From the NCBI RefSeq assembly GCF_000011465.1, contig NC_005072.1, forward strand, positions 30,001-62,000: DNA of 32,000 bases, read 5' to 3'. The DNA comes from Prochlorococcus marinus subsp. pastoris str. CCMP1986. Lineage in GTDB: Bacteria > Cyanobacteriota > Cyanobacteriia > PCC-6307 > Cyanobiaceae. Within the stretch, counting starts at the first letter, position 1; each line of letters starts with the position of its first letter. The translations under genes were made by a program, and so were the position numbers. The notes beneath the pieces are model-generated. The model saw only the letters and a list, made by a program, of their open reading frames with translations. It did no database searches and had not been told where the DNA came from. Below are positions 1-10,051 of this stretch, piece by piece.

Positions 1-250
1 CGTTACCATTTTTATCTGGAGGTATACAACTAAGAATGTGAGTTGCTCCCTCAAAGATTGAATCTTCAGGTATTGAATTATCTTCGCTATTAAAAATAAA
101 ACTATTTGGCTCATTACTAATAGATCGAGAACTTGCTAATGCTATGCAGCCTAGTTTTCTGATTGATTTTGCAAAATAGTCTCCGCTAAAACCTCCTCCA
201 AAGATTAGGAATTTATTTTTTGCTGTAATGGGACTTGATAAATTGGTCAT
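1..250 (-). CDS. Partial NAD(P)-binding Rossmann / SDR-type epimerase-like protein (C-terminal part lies beyond the window start)
   Basis: Manual reverse-strand translation from ATG at 250: MTNLSSPITAKNKFLIFGGGFSGDYFAKSIRKLGCIALASSRSISNEPNS...ATHILSCIPPDKNGN. Open to the window edge, with a GGGFSG nucleotide-binding glycine motif near the N terminus. Confidence 0.75.
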   Translation of the reverse strand, partial: MTNLSSPITAKNKFLIFGGGFSGDYFAKSIRKLGCIALASSRSISNEPNSFIFNSEDNSIPEDSIFEGATHILSCIPPDKNGN

Positions 251-288
251 TAAGTATTATAAATAGTACATATGTATTATTAAAGAAA

Positions 289-525
289 ATGCAGACTTTA
301 ATTCAGCCTGAGGTAAAACTAAATATAGTTGGTTTTGATAATTCCAATTTTCAAGTTAAAGAAAAATTAAATTATTCAAAATCTTGTTTAGATTTTAAAT
401 TCTATCAAAAATTATTTGCAATATTTTTAGTATCTTGTGCATTTTTAATATTTCCTGAATCTCCACAAGATTCAGAAATTTTATGCAAAAAATATCAATC
501 TACAAAGGCTTGTATGGTCTGGTAA
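289..525 (+). CDS. Small hypothetical protein with one hydrophobic segment (KLFAIFLVSCAFLIF) and a Cys-containing C-terminal tail ending in CMVW
   Basis: The track ORF 235..525 has an internal ATG at 289, which avoids overlap with the divergent gene starting at 250. A single TM-like stretch is followed by a polar Cys-containing tail. Confidence 0.5.
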   Translation: MQTLIQPEVKLNIVGFDNSNFQVKEKLNYSKSCLDFKFYQKLFAIFLVSCAFLIFPESPQDSEILCKKYQSTKACMVW

Positions 526-930
526 TTACGCGGCATTATATTCATCATTATCAAACTCGTAATTTTTATTTTTTTTACTCATAAAGGTAGGATTTGCCCA
601 TTGTAATAATCTTAAAGCTAATCTCAGATCACCATCTAACCATGCTCTAATAGCCATAGCTCTTCTAGGATCATAAAATTTTTGTTTTCTATACCAATAC
701 AAAGCATTATCATCTGATTTGTCGCCGTTGCATGATAAGCATGCTGGAACACAATTTTCGGTTGTACTCAAACCTCCTTGGCTTCTAGGAAGTACATGGT
801 CAATGGATTCTGAAGGTTTTCCGCAGTATATGCAACTTTTTCCCGTAAATGTATGAATTGATTTTCGCCATTGCCTTAATCTGAATTTAGGGCATAAATC
901 TTCTAAAAAGACAGCATCATTATAGTGCAT
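526..930 (-). CDS. HNH endonuclease family protein
   Basis: Translation contains CIYCGKPSESIDHVLPRSQGGLSTTENCVPACLSCNGDKSD, a typical CxxC...DHxxPxxxGG...N...CxxCN HNH core. Confidence 0.9.
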   Translation of the reverse strand: MHYNDAVFLEDLCPKFRLRQWRKSIHTFTGKSCIYCGKPSESIDHVLPRSQGGLSTTENCVPACLSCNGDKSDDNALYWYRKQKFYDPRRAMAIRAWLDGDLRLALRLLQWANPTFMSKKNKNYEFDNDEYNAA

Positions 931-1100
931 TCAGATTATTTAATTTCCTATAATTTTGACCGATTCAATATAAAAGTCAATAGGTTTTTTATTATTTTTA
1001 AGACTATATTTCTTGGATTGAATATATTTTATGTATTTAATTATACCTAATAAATAATATTTAATTTATACGCTAAATGTATTTAAATATACTTTTAAGG

Positions 1101-1520
1101 TTAATAGCTATACCTATCAAAGGTTTCTTTGGAATAGTCTTCATTTTCTTTGTCTTGCAAAAGTTCTTCTTTTTTTCGCCTTTTTTCTTTTCTATCGTTT
1201 TCTAATTGTAGCTTTCTATCAGGATGAAGTTGATCTAAAAATTCAACACAATAAGAAAACTTATCTCTTTCTCTTACAACTGTTTCAATAATTTGCCCGG
1301 CGGCCTGCTTTGGAGAGGTCTTAAAAATACCCCCTTTTTGTTTCTTAATATAACTGTAAGCTGCTTGCCAACTGCTTTCATGGTCATTCCCCCCATCTCT
1401 CATTGTACAAAATATTTCTGCTCCAAAGGAACCTGCAATTGCTTTAGGGGCCAATAATAGTAATGGAACATACATTGCAACTAAAGGAAAAATGAATCTT
1501 ATCTTTTTATGCCCTTTCAT
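1101..1520 (-). CDS. Hypothetical exported or membrane-anchored protein with signal peptide
   Basis: 139 aa. N-terminal KKIRFIFPLVAMYVPLLLLAPKAIAG resembles a signal peptide. The C terminus is highly charged (KEKRRKKEELLQDKENEDYSKE). Confidence 0.7.
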   Translation of the reverse strand: MKGHKKIRFIFPLVAMYVPLLLLAPKAIAGSFGAEIFCTMRDGGNDHESSWQAAYSYIKKQKGGIFKTSPKQAAGQIIETVVRERDKFSYCVEFLDQLHPDRKLQLENDRKEKRRKKEELLQDKENEDYSKETFDRYSY

Positions 1521-1578
1521 TAGTTTTTTATCTGTCTATATAAAAAGTATCTTTAATTTAGATAATGTCTAGATAAAT

Positions 1579-2091
1579 TTAAGATTTTATTATTCCAAAT
1601 AGGTTGAGCATTTTTACAACCAGTGGCAGAATTAAAAGAACAGTAACTAATCTAACTGCGTGAAGAGTTGCAACTGCTGCCCCTACTCCATATTCTGTAC
1701 CGACTAAACTCATACCACTTATCCCTCCTGGAGCAGCACCAAGAATTGTCGTGATTATATCTACATTAAGTAATCTGCTAGTCCATAAACCAATCGCTAG
1801 GCCAGTAATTATTAGTGTAAATGTGATTAAAATTGCAGGCTTCCATAAAGTTTGTAATTCAACTAATGAGTCCTTCGTTAAGCTTGTTCCAATAACAGTA
1901 CCAATGCCTATTTCTAATATGGTTCTTGTACCATTTGGCCACACGGCAGGTTCAACTTTTCCGCTGATGCCTAAAACACTTGCACCAATTAAAGCCCCTG
2001 CAAGTGGAGCTGCAGGTATGCCTGTTTTTATAGCAAGTGCCCCAAAAGCTGACCCTGCAATTAAATAATAAATAAGATTTATATTCGACAT
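1579..2091 (-). CDS. AbrB-family (duplication domain) membrane protein, putative transporter or regulator
   Basis: 170 aa, strongly hydrophobic. Contains PAAPLAGALIGAS and GAAPGGISGMSLVGTEYGVGAAVATLHAVRLVTVLLILP, typical of AbrB-duplication/'ammonia monooxygenase' membrane proteins. Confidence 0.8.
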   Translation of the reverse strand: MSNINLIYYLIAGSAFGALAIKTGIPAAPLAGALIGASVLGISGKVEPAVWPNGTRTILEIGIGTVIGTSLTKDSLVELQTLWKPAILITFTLIITGLAIGLWTSRLLNVDIITTILGAAPGGISGMSLVGTEYGVGAAVATLHAVRLVTVLLILPLVVKMLNLFGIIKS

Positions 2092-2334
2092 TTAAGAAAT
2101 CAATTGTTTGGTAATAATATTAGGAATAAATTCAAATGCTCGGGTATATGTTCAAAGTATGTTCTTATTTACTAATTTCATAGTCCTTTATGAAATTAAT
2201 ATATTTATTCGCATTAAACGAAAATTAATCAGCCTAAATATTTACCATAAAAACTTATTTTTAAAAATTAGTTAAATTTTTCCTGCATAATGGGCCTCTG
2301 AGTTGGCATAATAATTAGTAAAGCACTATTTCTT

Positions 2335-2532
2335 ATGGCTTCACAAATTTCTTATAGAGGTAATAAAAACCCAATCAAAAAGAAGTTATCCTTTTTTGAA
2401 GGTGGACATCAACTCGAAAAATTAGAATTCGCTCTTGCCGTAGCTCAAACTAAGGGTGACGAACAAAAATCGTTGGTATTAATGAAAAAAATTATTGAAT
2501 TAGGCGGAAATGTTGAAGAACCTGGTACTTAG
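2335..2532 (+). CDS. Small hypothetical protein (65 aa)
   Basis: ORF with ATG start, non-overlapping and convergent to the aminotransferase gene. Sequence MASQISYRGNKNPIKKKLSFFEGGHQLEKLEFALAVAQTKGDEQKSLVLMKKIIELGGNVEEPGT looks like a globular or helical small protein. Confidence 0.6.
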   Translation: MASQISYRGNKNPIKKKLSFFEGGHQLEKLEFALAVAQTKGDEQKSLVLMKKIIELGGNVEEPGT

Positions 2533-2542
2533 GTTCTCTTTT

Positions 2543-3697
2543 TTATAAATGGCAGGATGCAATTTTCAAGGCCTTTCCTGCTGTATCTGTGGAAATTATA
2601 TTTTGTTCTACTAATGTATTGCCAATAGCTGCTATCACTGTAATTATATCTCTATCATTAATGTAACCTAAGTGACCAACTCTAAATATTTTTCCTTTTA
2701 AATGATCTTGTCCTCCAGCTAGTAAAATATCATATTTATTTTTTATATTCTTTCTAAACTGTTCTGCATCTATATCTTCAATTTGAATTGCAGTAACAGC
2801 GGGACTTAAATGGTTTTCATCAGCAAATAATTTGAGGTTAAGTGTTTTTGCAGCTTCACTGACTGCAAGTTTATGTCTTTCATGTCTTTTAAAGATTTTA
2901 TCTAGTCCTTCATCTTTCATCATTTTTAGTGATTCATCTAAAGCAAAAACTAAATTTACTGCTGGAGTATAAGGATTGCTATTACTTAAAAGACTCTTTT
3001 TATATGATTTTAAATTTAAATAGAATTTAGGTAAATTAGAATTTTCTGAGGCTTGCCAAGCTTTATCGCTCATTGACACAAAGCTTAAACCTGGAGGTAT
3101 CATATATCCTTTTTGAGATCCTGAAGCAACAACATCTAGTTCCCAATCATCTACCGGTACACTACAAGCTCCAATACTTGTTACGCAGTCAATAATTGAT
3201 AACGCTTTTTTATGATTACGTATATGAGAACTTATTGTTTTTAAATCATTAATAACTCCAGTTGATGTTTCTGAATGTGTAAGGATAACTGCTTTTATTT
3301 CTTTTTTATCATCTTTTTCTAAAATTGTTTTAAAATCTTTCGGATCAAGTGGTTTTCCCCATTCTGCTTCAATTTTAATCACTTCGAGTCCGAATTCTTT
3401 TGCAACTTTTACCCATCTTTGACCAAACTTTCCATTTACACCACAAATAACTTTTTCTCCTTTGCTTAAGGTACTAATCATGCCTGCTTCCATGGCAGCT
3501 GTTCCACTACCTGTAATCGTTAAAACATCATTTTTTGTTTGATGTAGCCATTGTAGATTTTTAGTAGTGATTTCCATAAGGTCCTGAAAATCTTTACTTC
3601 TATGTCCTATGGGATGCCTTCCAAGTGCTTGTAAAACTTTTTCTGGAACTGGCGTGGGACCAGGTATCATCAATGATAATTTTTGTTGTATGGCCAC
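2543..3697 (-). CDS. Class V aminotransferase (serine/alanine-glyoxylate aminotransferase-like, PLP dependent)
   Basis: 384 aa. LMIPGPTPVPEKVLQALGRHPIGHRSKDF N terminus, a SETSTGVINDL motif and the PLP-lysine region DVVASGSQKGYMIPPGLSF. Confidence 0.93.
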   Translation of the reverse strand: MAIQQKLSLMIPGPTPVPEKVLQALGRHPIGHRSKDFQDLMEITTKNLQWLHQTKNDVLTITGSGTAAMEAGMISTLSKGEKVICGVNGKFGQRWVKVAKEFGLEVIKIEAEWGKPLDPKDFKTILEKDDKKEIKAVILTHSETSTGVINDLKTISSHIRNHKKALSIIDCVTSIGACSVPVDDWELDVVASGSQKGYMIPPGLSFVSMSDKAWQASENSNLPKFYLNLKSYKKSLLSNSNPYTPAVNLVFALDESLKMMKDEGLDKIFKRHERHKLAVSEAAKTLNLKLFADENHLSPAVTAIQIEDIDAEQFRKNIKNKYDILLAGGQDHLKGKIFRVGHLGYINDRDIITVIAAIGNTLVEQNIISTDTAGKALKIASCHL

Positions 3698-3757
3698 TTT
3701 TTAATTAATAGGTCATTCTAAGATTAGTAGTCATAAAATATTTTTCAATTACTTGAT

Positions 3758-4876
3758 TTGAAAAAAGGATTTTCTTTACCTTTATGGGTAACTGGAGCTG
3801 CTAAGTCAGCAATAAAAAAATTAATAGGATTACCATTTGAAGATTATGAATTAATTAAAATTCCAAAAGAAAAAAATTTAATAAAAATCAAGGTTCATTC
3901 TGCTGGGCTAATTAATGAAGAGTCTCAAGCCCTTGGAATTTCATTTGTAGATTCTGGATTGGATCTTGATTTAACACAAAACTTAGAAATATGGACAATC
4001 GCTTCTTTAGAAAAAACTTATAAGACAAGTAATAGACCATTAGATCGAATCAATATTATTCCTGGTTACGGAGTTGGTATCGATCAAAAGACCTCTAAGA
4101 TCTGCATTTCTGATTTTGCTCAAAAATTATTAGTTGAAAATTTATTAAATATCATTCCAGAAGGATATACACTGAATCTAGAAATTGTATTCCCAAATGG
4201 AAAATTTTTAGCCGAAAGAACTAGTAATAAATCATTTGGAATTGTTGAAGGGCTTTCAATTATAGGTACTAGCGCTGAAACTTTTGCAAGTGCTTCACCT
4301 GATCAATTACAAAATGCAAAAGCTCAGCTAAAACAAATTATTGCTAATAAAGTTTGTGACACAATTATTTTTGTTATCGGTGAAAATGGCTTAAATTTAG
4401 CAACAAGTTCTAATATCAAATTTCCTATTATTAAAGTAGGTAATTGGATAGGACCATTATTAGTTGATGCTGCTATACAAAAGATTAAAACAGTAATCCT
4501 TTTTGGTTATCATGGCAAATTAATTAAATTAGCTGGAGGAATTTTTCATACTCATAATCATTTAGCAGATGCAAGAATTGAAATTCTTGTGTATTTAGCT
4601 GTAAAAGAAGAAGTTCCATTAGAAATAATTCAAAAATTATCACAATCAAATACGGTTGAAGATGCATTGTTAGTTCTTGAAAGTTTTAGTCTTTCTATGG
4701 CTGACAAACTATGGAATAAATTATCAGATACTATTGAAAAGCGCTCTACAGAATATATAAATAGATATACAAAAACAGATATGAAAGTTGGAGCAATTAT
4801 CTTTGATAGAAATAGAAAAATTCGTTGGTCAGGTAACAATAGTAAAGACTATATTTCTGCTTTTAAAGGTTTCTAA
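3758..4876 (+). CDS. cbiD: Cobalt-precorrin-5B (C1)-methyltransferase CbiD
   Basis: 372 aa. FSLPLWVTGAAKSAIKKL start, INIIPGYGVGI, and LFGYHGKLIKLAGGIFHTHNHLADARIEIL, all characteristic of CbiD. Confidence 0.93.
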   Translation: MKKGFSLPLWVTGAAKSAIKKLIGLPFEDYELIKIPKEKNLIKIKVHSAGLINEESQALGISFVDSGLDLDLTQNLEIWTIASLEKTYKTSNRPLDRINIIPGYGVGIDQKTSKICISDFAQKLLVENLLNIIPEGYTLNLEIVFPNGKFLAERTSNKSFGIVEGLSIIGTSAETFASASPDQLQNAKAQLKQIIANKVCDTIIFVIGENGLNLATSSNIKFPIIKVGNWIGPLLVDAAIQKIKTVILFGYHGKLIKLAGGIFHTHNHLADARIEILVYLAVKEEVPLEIIQKLSQSNTVEDALLVLESFSLSMADKLWNKLSDTIEKRSTEYINRYTKTDMKVGAIIFDRNRKIRWSGNNSKDYISAFKGF

Positions 4877-4924
4877 TTTTAAGTGGGTTATGTTTTTGTA
4901 AATAAATTGAGGTAACTTTTAGAC

Positions 4925-6511
4925 ATGAGTAAAAAATTACTAAAAAAAGAGAGAGATCCCTCAATATTAATTCTAGATTTTGGATCTCAATATTCTGAAT
5001 TAATTGCAAGGAGAATAAGAGAAGCAGATGTATTTTCTCTTGTAGTAAGTAACTTTACCTCTGTCAAGGAGATTCAGGATATAAATCCAAAAGGGATTAT
5101 ATTAAGTGGTGGCCCAAGTTCTGTTTATGAAGATAATGCACCTAAATGTGATGCAAAGATTTTTGATTTAGGTATTCCAATTTTGGGTATATGTTATGGA
5201 ATGCAATTAATGGTTAAAGAATTAGGAGGTGAAGTTACCCCAGCAATTAATAAAGCTGAATATGGCAGAGCACCAATAAATATTGATTGCGAAAGTGATT
5301 TGCTATCTAATGTCCAAGATAAATCTATTATGTGGATGAGTCATGGAGATTCTATAAATAACTTGCCTGAAGGATTTATTAAGATTTCTCATACAGAAAA
5401 TACCCTGCATGCTGCAATATCAAACAAACAAAAGAAATTATTTGGTGTTCAATTTCATCCTGAAGTTATTCATTCAGAATTCGGAATGACGGTTATTAAA
5501 AACTTTGTTTATTCTATTGCTAAATGTAAGGCCGATTGGACTACTGAAACTTTTTTAGAGGAAACAATTCCAAGAATTAAGCAACAAGTAGGTGATAAGA
5601 GAGTTTTACTTGCTCTTTCTGGCGGCGTAGATTCATCAACCCTCGCTTTTCTTCTCAATAAAGCTATTGGTAAAAAGCTTACTTGTATGTTTATTGATCA
5701 AGGCTTTATGAGAAAAGGTGAACCTGAATTTTTAATGGAATTTTTTGATAAAAAATTTCATATAAAAGTTGAATATATTAACGCTAGGGAAAGATTTATT
5801 GATAAATTAAATGGAATAACTGACCCAGAAGAAAAACGCAAGATTATTGGTAGAGAATTTATTAGAGTTTTTGAAGAGGAGAGTAATAGATTAGGTCCTT
5901 TCCAATATTTGGCTCAAGGTACTCTTTACCCAGACGTTATTGAGAGTGCTGGAACGAATTTAGATCCAAAGACTGGTGAGCGAATTGCAGTAAAAATAAA
6001 AAGTCATCATAACGTAGGCGGTTTGCCAAAAGATTTACAATTTAAATTAGTTGAACCATTAAGAAAACTTTTTAAAGATGAAGTAAGAAAGGTTGGAGGT
6101 GCTTTAGGATTGCCAGATGAAATCATAAAAAGACATCCATTTCCTGGCCCTGGCTTAGCAATAAGAATTTTAGGTGATGTTTCTCATGAAAAACTAAACT
6201 GTTTGAGAGATGCAGACTGGATAGTAAGAGATGAAATAAAAAAAGCAGGTCTTTATAATGATATATGGCAAGCATTTGCAGTTCTTTTACCTGTTAAGAC
6301 TGTCGGTGTAATGGGAGATAAACGGACTTATGCTTGGCCAATAGTTTTACGATGCGTATCAAGCGAAGATGGGATGACGGCTGATTGGTCGAGAATTCCT
6401 TATGAAACCTTAGAGAGAATTTCTAATAGAATCGTTAATGAAGTAGAGCAGGTTAATAGGGTTGTTTTCGATATTACTAGTAAGCCTCCAGGAACAATTG
6501 AGTGGGAATAA
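4925..6511 (+). CDS. guaA: GMP synthase (glutamine-hydrolysing)
   Basis: 528 aa. Class I amidotransferase GICYGMQLM with FGVQFHPE; ATP-PPase loop [10 protein letters not shown]; C terminus [17 protein letters not shown]. Confidence 0.98.
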   Translation: MSKKLLKKERDPSILILDFGSQYSELIARRIREADVFSLVVSNFTSVKEIQDINPKGIILSGGPSSVYEDNAPKCDAKIFDLGIPILGICYGMQLMVKELGGEVTPAINKAEYGRAPINIDCESDLLSNVQDKSIMWMSHGDSINNLPEGFIKISHTENTLHAAISNKQKKLFGVQFHPEVIHSEFGMTVIKNFVYSIAKCKADWTTETFLEETIPRIKQQVGDKRVLLALSGGVDSSTLAFLLNKAIGKKLTCMFIDQGFMRKGEPEFLMEFFDKKFHIKVEYINARERFIDKLNGITDPEEKRKIIGREFIRVFEEESNRLGPFQYLAQGTLYPDVIESAGTNLDPKTGERIAVKIKSHHNVGGLPKDLQFKLVEPLRKLFKDEVRKVGGALGLPDEIIKRHPFPGPGLAIRILGDVSHEKLNCLRDADWIVRDEIKKAGLYNDIWQAFAVLLPVKTVGVMGDKRTYAWPIVLRCVSSEDGMTADWSRIPYETLERISNRIVNEVEQVNRVVFDITSKPPGTIEWE

Positions 6512-6555
6512 AAAATACTTTAATTTTTTATCTTTAACTTTTTTACAAAATTATT

Positions 6556-7269
6556 ATGGATGAAACCATTAAATTAAGTAGATCTACTGTTGAAAAATAT
6601 CTTAATTGCCCTAGATGTTGCGTTCTTGATAAAAAGCATAAAATAAAACCTCCATCATTACCATTTACTTTAAATATTGCTGTAGATAATTTATGTAAAA
6701 ATGAGTTTGATTATTATCGTGAAAGACAGGAATCTCATCCTTTATTTATTGAGCATAATATCGATGCTGTACCTTTTAAACATAAAGATATAGATATTTG
6801 GAGAAGCAATTTTAAAGGAATAAGATATAAATCTAATGAACACAATTATGATTTTGGTGGTGCGGTCGATGATGTCTGGCAAAAAAAGAATGGAGAGTTA
6901 ATTATTGTTGATGTAAAAGCAACATCAAGAAATAATTTTGATTGGTTTGAAACTTTCAATAAATATGATTATGCAAAAGCATATAAAAGACAATTAGAAA
7001 TGTATCAGTGGTTATTTAGAAAAAATGGTTTCAAAGTTGCAAATGAAGCCTATCTTCTTTATTTTAATGGGAAAAAGAATGAGAAATTTTTTAATAATCA
7101 GTTAAAGTTTGATGTGCATTTTATTAAGTTAGATTGTTCTTCAGCATGGGTAGAAGGCAAAGTTATTGAAACAGTAAAACTTCTCAGATCTAATTTGTTT
7201 CCTTCACCATCTTTTAAATGTGAATATTGTAATTATTTAAAAAAGCGTTGGCAGTTGTCAAAAAATTAA
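6556..7269 (+). CDS. RecB/Cas4-like PD-(D/E)XK nuclease family protein with N- and C-terminal cysteine motifs
   Basis: 237 aa. GGAVDDVWQKKNGELIIVDVKATS (D...DxK), QLEMY (QxxxY RecB-family motif), N-terminal CPRCC and C-terminal CEYC. Confidence 0.82.
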   Translation: MDETIKLSRSTVEKYLNCPRCCVLDKKHKIKPPSLPFTLNIAVDNLCKNEFDYYRERQESHPLFIEHNIDAVPFKHKDIDIWRSNFKGIRYKSNEHNYDFGGAVDDVWQKKNGELIIVDVKATSRNNFDWFETFNKYDYAKAYKRQLEMYQWLFRKNGFKVANEAYLLYFNGKKNEKFFNNQLKFDVHFIKLDCSSAWVEGKVIETVKLLRSNLFPSPSFKCEYCNYLKKRWQLSKN

Positions 7270-7359
7270 TTAATGACTTTGAAAAAATAATATTATTGGA
7301 TAATTCTGGAAAAATTTTTAAATAAAGATAATCTTTAAGTAGACAATAAATTTTAGATT

Positions 7360-7968
7360 TTGGTTAAACCGAAAAGTCCTGATAATAAAATTAGCAATCA
7401 TTTACAACAAGATGTTGTCAAAATTGCAGGCAAAACAATCTTTATTAATCCATTTTTGTATTGGAGAAGGTTTGATGAAAATACCAATAGATGGTTAAGA
7501 GAACCAGGACAAATGTCAGAAGAGCAAATCCAACCAAACAGAAATCGTTTTTATCCTGAAATTGACTGGGCTGATTTAAGTCAAAATCAAAAGCTCGTAA
7601 AAGATGCAAGTGTAGAAATGTTTCTGAAGACTTTGGAGCTTATAAGCACATTTCATCCTCAGCTTAACTCTGGACAACTATTAGAAGTTGAGAGGAAAAT
7701 GGCAATTACAAAAAAGCTACCTTTTGAAAAGTGGGTAACAAAGTCTTTTGCTAAAAAAGCTAGAGCTGAAGAATATGAGAAAAGGAAATTTAAAAGGGAT
7801 AGATTTATCAGAAGTTGGAAGGAATGGCTAAGCCTTGAAAATACTCAACAAGCTCTACTACCTATAATTGTCGTTGTATTTGTCTCGGCATTTATTGGTT
7901 GGTCTTCAGGTGTTTCAAAAAACAGTTGTAATCCTTATTTTGAACAAAATTTAGATCAGTCAATATAA
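7360..7968 (+). CDS. Conserved-looking hypothetical protein with one C-terminal transmembrane helix
   Basis: 202 aa, TTG start. Polar Trp/Lys-rich body and C-terminal TM segment LLPIIVVVFVSAFIGW. Confidence 0.75.
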   Translation: MVKPKSPDNKISNHLQQDVVKIAGKTIFINPFLYWRRFDENTNRWLREPGQMSEEQIQPNRNRFYPEIDWADLSQNQKLVKDASVEMFLKTLELISTFHPQLNSGQLLEVERKMAITKKLPFEKWVTKSFAKKARAEEYEKRKFKRDRFIRSWKEWLSLENTQQALLPIIVVVFVSAFIGWSSGVSKNSCNPYFEQNLDQSI

Positions 7969-8073
7969 ACCGTTTTATTAAATAAAATTTAATATTATTT
8001 TGATGATTTGTGATTTATTATTTGGGTTAATATAAAAGAAGTTTAGTTTTTAAGTTAACTTATTTTTAGATTC

Positions 8074-8226
8074 ATGGATAACAAAGAGAAAGAAAAAGAT
8101 ATATCAAGTTTAGAATTTGATAAAGGTAAGACTCGAAATGATTATAAATTTTTAGTTCAAAAACTAAAAAATATAAAGGAGATTATTACTTTGTTAGAAA
8201 ATAAGTTTTTGCAGAAAGAGATGTAA
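8074..8226 (+). CDS. Small ORF (50 aa), charged/helical; not in the supplied ORF track
   Basis: Manual translation MDNKEKEKDISSLEFDKGKTRNDYKFLVQKLKNIKEIITLLENKFLQKEM*. Stops 4 nt before the TTG start of mrdA. Confidence 0.45.
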   Translation: MDNKEKEKDISSLEFDKGKTRNDYKFLVQKLKNIKEIITLLENKFLQKEM

Positions 8227-8230
8227 ATTT

Positions 8231-10021
8231 TTGAAAAATAGTAACTTCAATAATAAGTTCCCCTCTTTTAATAGACAGCCTTTTGTTTTCTATTTAATTA
8301 CTACTTTTACTTTTTTATTAATATTAATTAGATTAATTTTTCTTCAATTATTAAATCATGAGACTTATAAAAAAATGTCTGATGAAAATAGAATTAGGCT
8401 AATTTCTACTCAACCAATTAGAGGGAGGATACTAGATAAAAATGGATTAATATTGGCAGATAGCCGTTTTAAGTACTCTTTAATAATTAAACCTCAATAC
8501 GTCAGCAAAAAAGCATGGCAGAAATATAAATCAAAGATTTCGAAATTATTCAATATTTCATCTGATTCACTTCAAAAGAAATATTCTGATGGTCTAAAAA
8601 ATAAAAATTTTTCAATTACTTTATTAGATGATTTAAAAGTTGATCAAGTTATCAAATTTAAAGAAAATGAAAATATCTTAAATGGCTTAGAGATTTCAAC
8701 AAAAATGATTAGAAATTATCCTTATAAAACTGTTGCTTCTCATGTGATTGGTTATACCCAACCCATTACAGATTCTGAATTTAATATTTTGTCAAAAAAA
8801 GGTTATAAATTCAATGATTTAATAGGAAGAACTGGAATTGAGTTTGTTTATGAAGATCATATAAGAGGAGAATGGGGAGGAGAAATGATTGAAGTGAACT
8901 CTTCCGGTACTTTTACAAAATCTTTAGGTATTAAACCATCAAAACAAGGGAAAGACCTTGAATTGACAATTGATTTGAATTTACAATTAATCGCTGAAGA
9001 AGTGCTTAAAGATAAAAATGGAGGAGCAATAATAGTTATGGATCCTAGAGATGGTGCCATAAGAGCAATGGCTAGTAAACCAACATTTGACTTAAATTTT
9101 TTTTCAAAAGAATTTAAACCAGAAAAAGAATATAATGCTCTGTTCAATTCTCCCGCTAAACCATTATTTAATAGAGCTTTAAATGCATATGATCCAGGAA
9201 GTGTTTGGAAAATTGTAACTGCTTTAGCTGGTTTAGAAAGTGGAAAGTTTCCTCCTGAAACTTCTTTAGAAACTAAACCTTGTATTACATATGGAAGTCA
9301 ATGTTTTAGAGAACATAATGACTTAGGGTTCGGAACAATAGGTTATGAAGATGCTTTGCGAGTTTCAAGTAATACTTTTTTTTATCAAATTGGCTATGGC
9401 GTAGGTGTAGATGAAATTTATAACGTTTCTAAGAAGCTTGGCTTTGCCGCTCTATCTGGAATCGAAATTTCCGAACAAGAAAATGTAGGTTTAGTTGCAA
9501 GTAGTCAATGGGCTAAAAAAGGGAGAGGCTGGGGGGAACCAGGAAGAACTCCTTGGGTTCCAGAAGACATCGCGAGTATGTCTATCGGTCAATTTGTTGT
9601 CCAAGTTACGCCTATTCAAATAGCTCGTGCATATGCAGTAATCGCGAATGGTGGCTATTTAGTAACTCCTCATTTATCTAAAAAAGAAGATCAACTTTTA
9701 ACAAATCAAAAACGTATAAAAATTGATATTGATCCAAATAATCTTCAGCTAGTAAAAAATGGTTTAAGGAAAGTAGTTGAATCTGGAACAGGGGTTTCTA
9801 TCAATTATGGGGTATCTAATCTTCCTCCAGTTTCGGGTAAAACTGGTACTGCTGAAGATGGAGAAGGAGGTTCAGATCATGCATGGTTTGTTTGCTTTAC
9901 TCCTTCAGATAAAAGTGAGTTGTTAATAGTTGCTTTTGCACAAAATACGCCTGGTGGAGGATCTGTACATGCACTACCTATGGCTAGGGAAATTTTAAAA
10001 GTTTGGAATGAAAATAAATAA
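8231..10021 (+). CDS. mrdA: Penicillin-binding protein 2 (peptidoglycan transpeptidase)
   Basis: 596 aa. N-terminal TM, RGRILDKNGLILA, SxxK region YDPGSVWKIVTALAGLE, SNTFFYQ (SxN) and SGKTGTAED (KTG). Confidence 0.95.
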   Translation: MKNSNFNNKFPSFNRQPFVFYLITTFTFLLILIRLIFLQLLNHETYKKMSDENRIRLISTQPIRGRILDKNGLILADSRFKYSLIIKPQYVSKKAWQKYKSKISKLFNISSDSLQKKYSDGLKNKNFSITLLDDLKVDQVIKFKENENILNGLEISTKMIRNYPYKTVASHVIGYTQPITDSEFNILSKKGYKFNDLIGRTGIEFVYEDHIRGEWGGEMIEVNSSGTFTKSLGIKPSKQGKDLELTIDLNLQLIAEEVLKDKNGGAIIVMDPRDGAIRAMASKPTFDLNFFSKEFKPEKEYNALFNSPAKPLFNRALNAYDPGSVWKIVTALAGLESGKFPPETSLETKPCITYGSQCFREHNDLGFGTIGYEDALRVSSNTFFYQIGYGVGVDEIYNVSKKLGFAALSGIEISEQENVGLVASSQWAKKGRGWGEPGRTPWVPEDIASMSIGQFVVQVTPIQIARAYAVIANGGYLVTPHLSKKEDQLLTNQKRIKIDIDPNNLQLVKNGLRKVVESGTGVSINYGVSNLPPVSGKTGTAEDGEGGSDHAWFVCFTPSDKSELLIVAFAQNTPGGGSVHALPMAREILKVWNENK

Positions 10022-10051
10022 ATATAATTCGTTTAAATTTTTTATAAGAAT

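Noticed and set aside
526-930. HNH endonuclease considered as a mobile element or defense gene
   Set aside because: No intron or intein context, inverted repeats or recombinase neighbour is visible. Small HNH genes like this can be ordinary residents of cyanobacterial genomes.
1751-2068. 105-aa ORF on + strand
   Set aside because: Fully antisense to the AbrB-like membrane gene. Its composition mirrors the opposite strand and it has no recognisable domain.
4630-4839. 69-aa ORF on - strand
   Set aside because: Antisense within cbiD; the cbiD call is strong.
8857-9147. 96-aa ORF on - strand
   Set aside because: Antisense within mrdA and no protein-like motifs.
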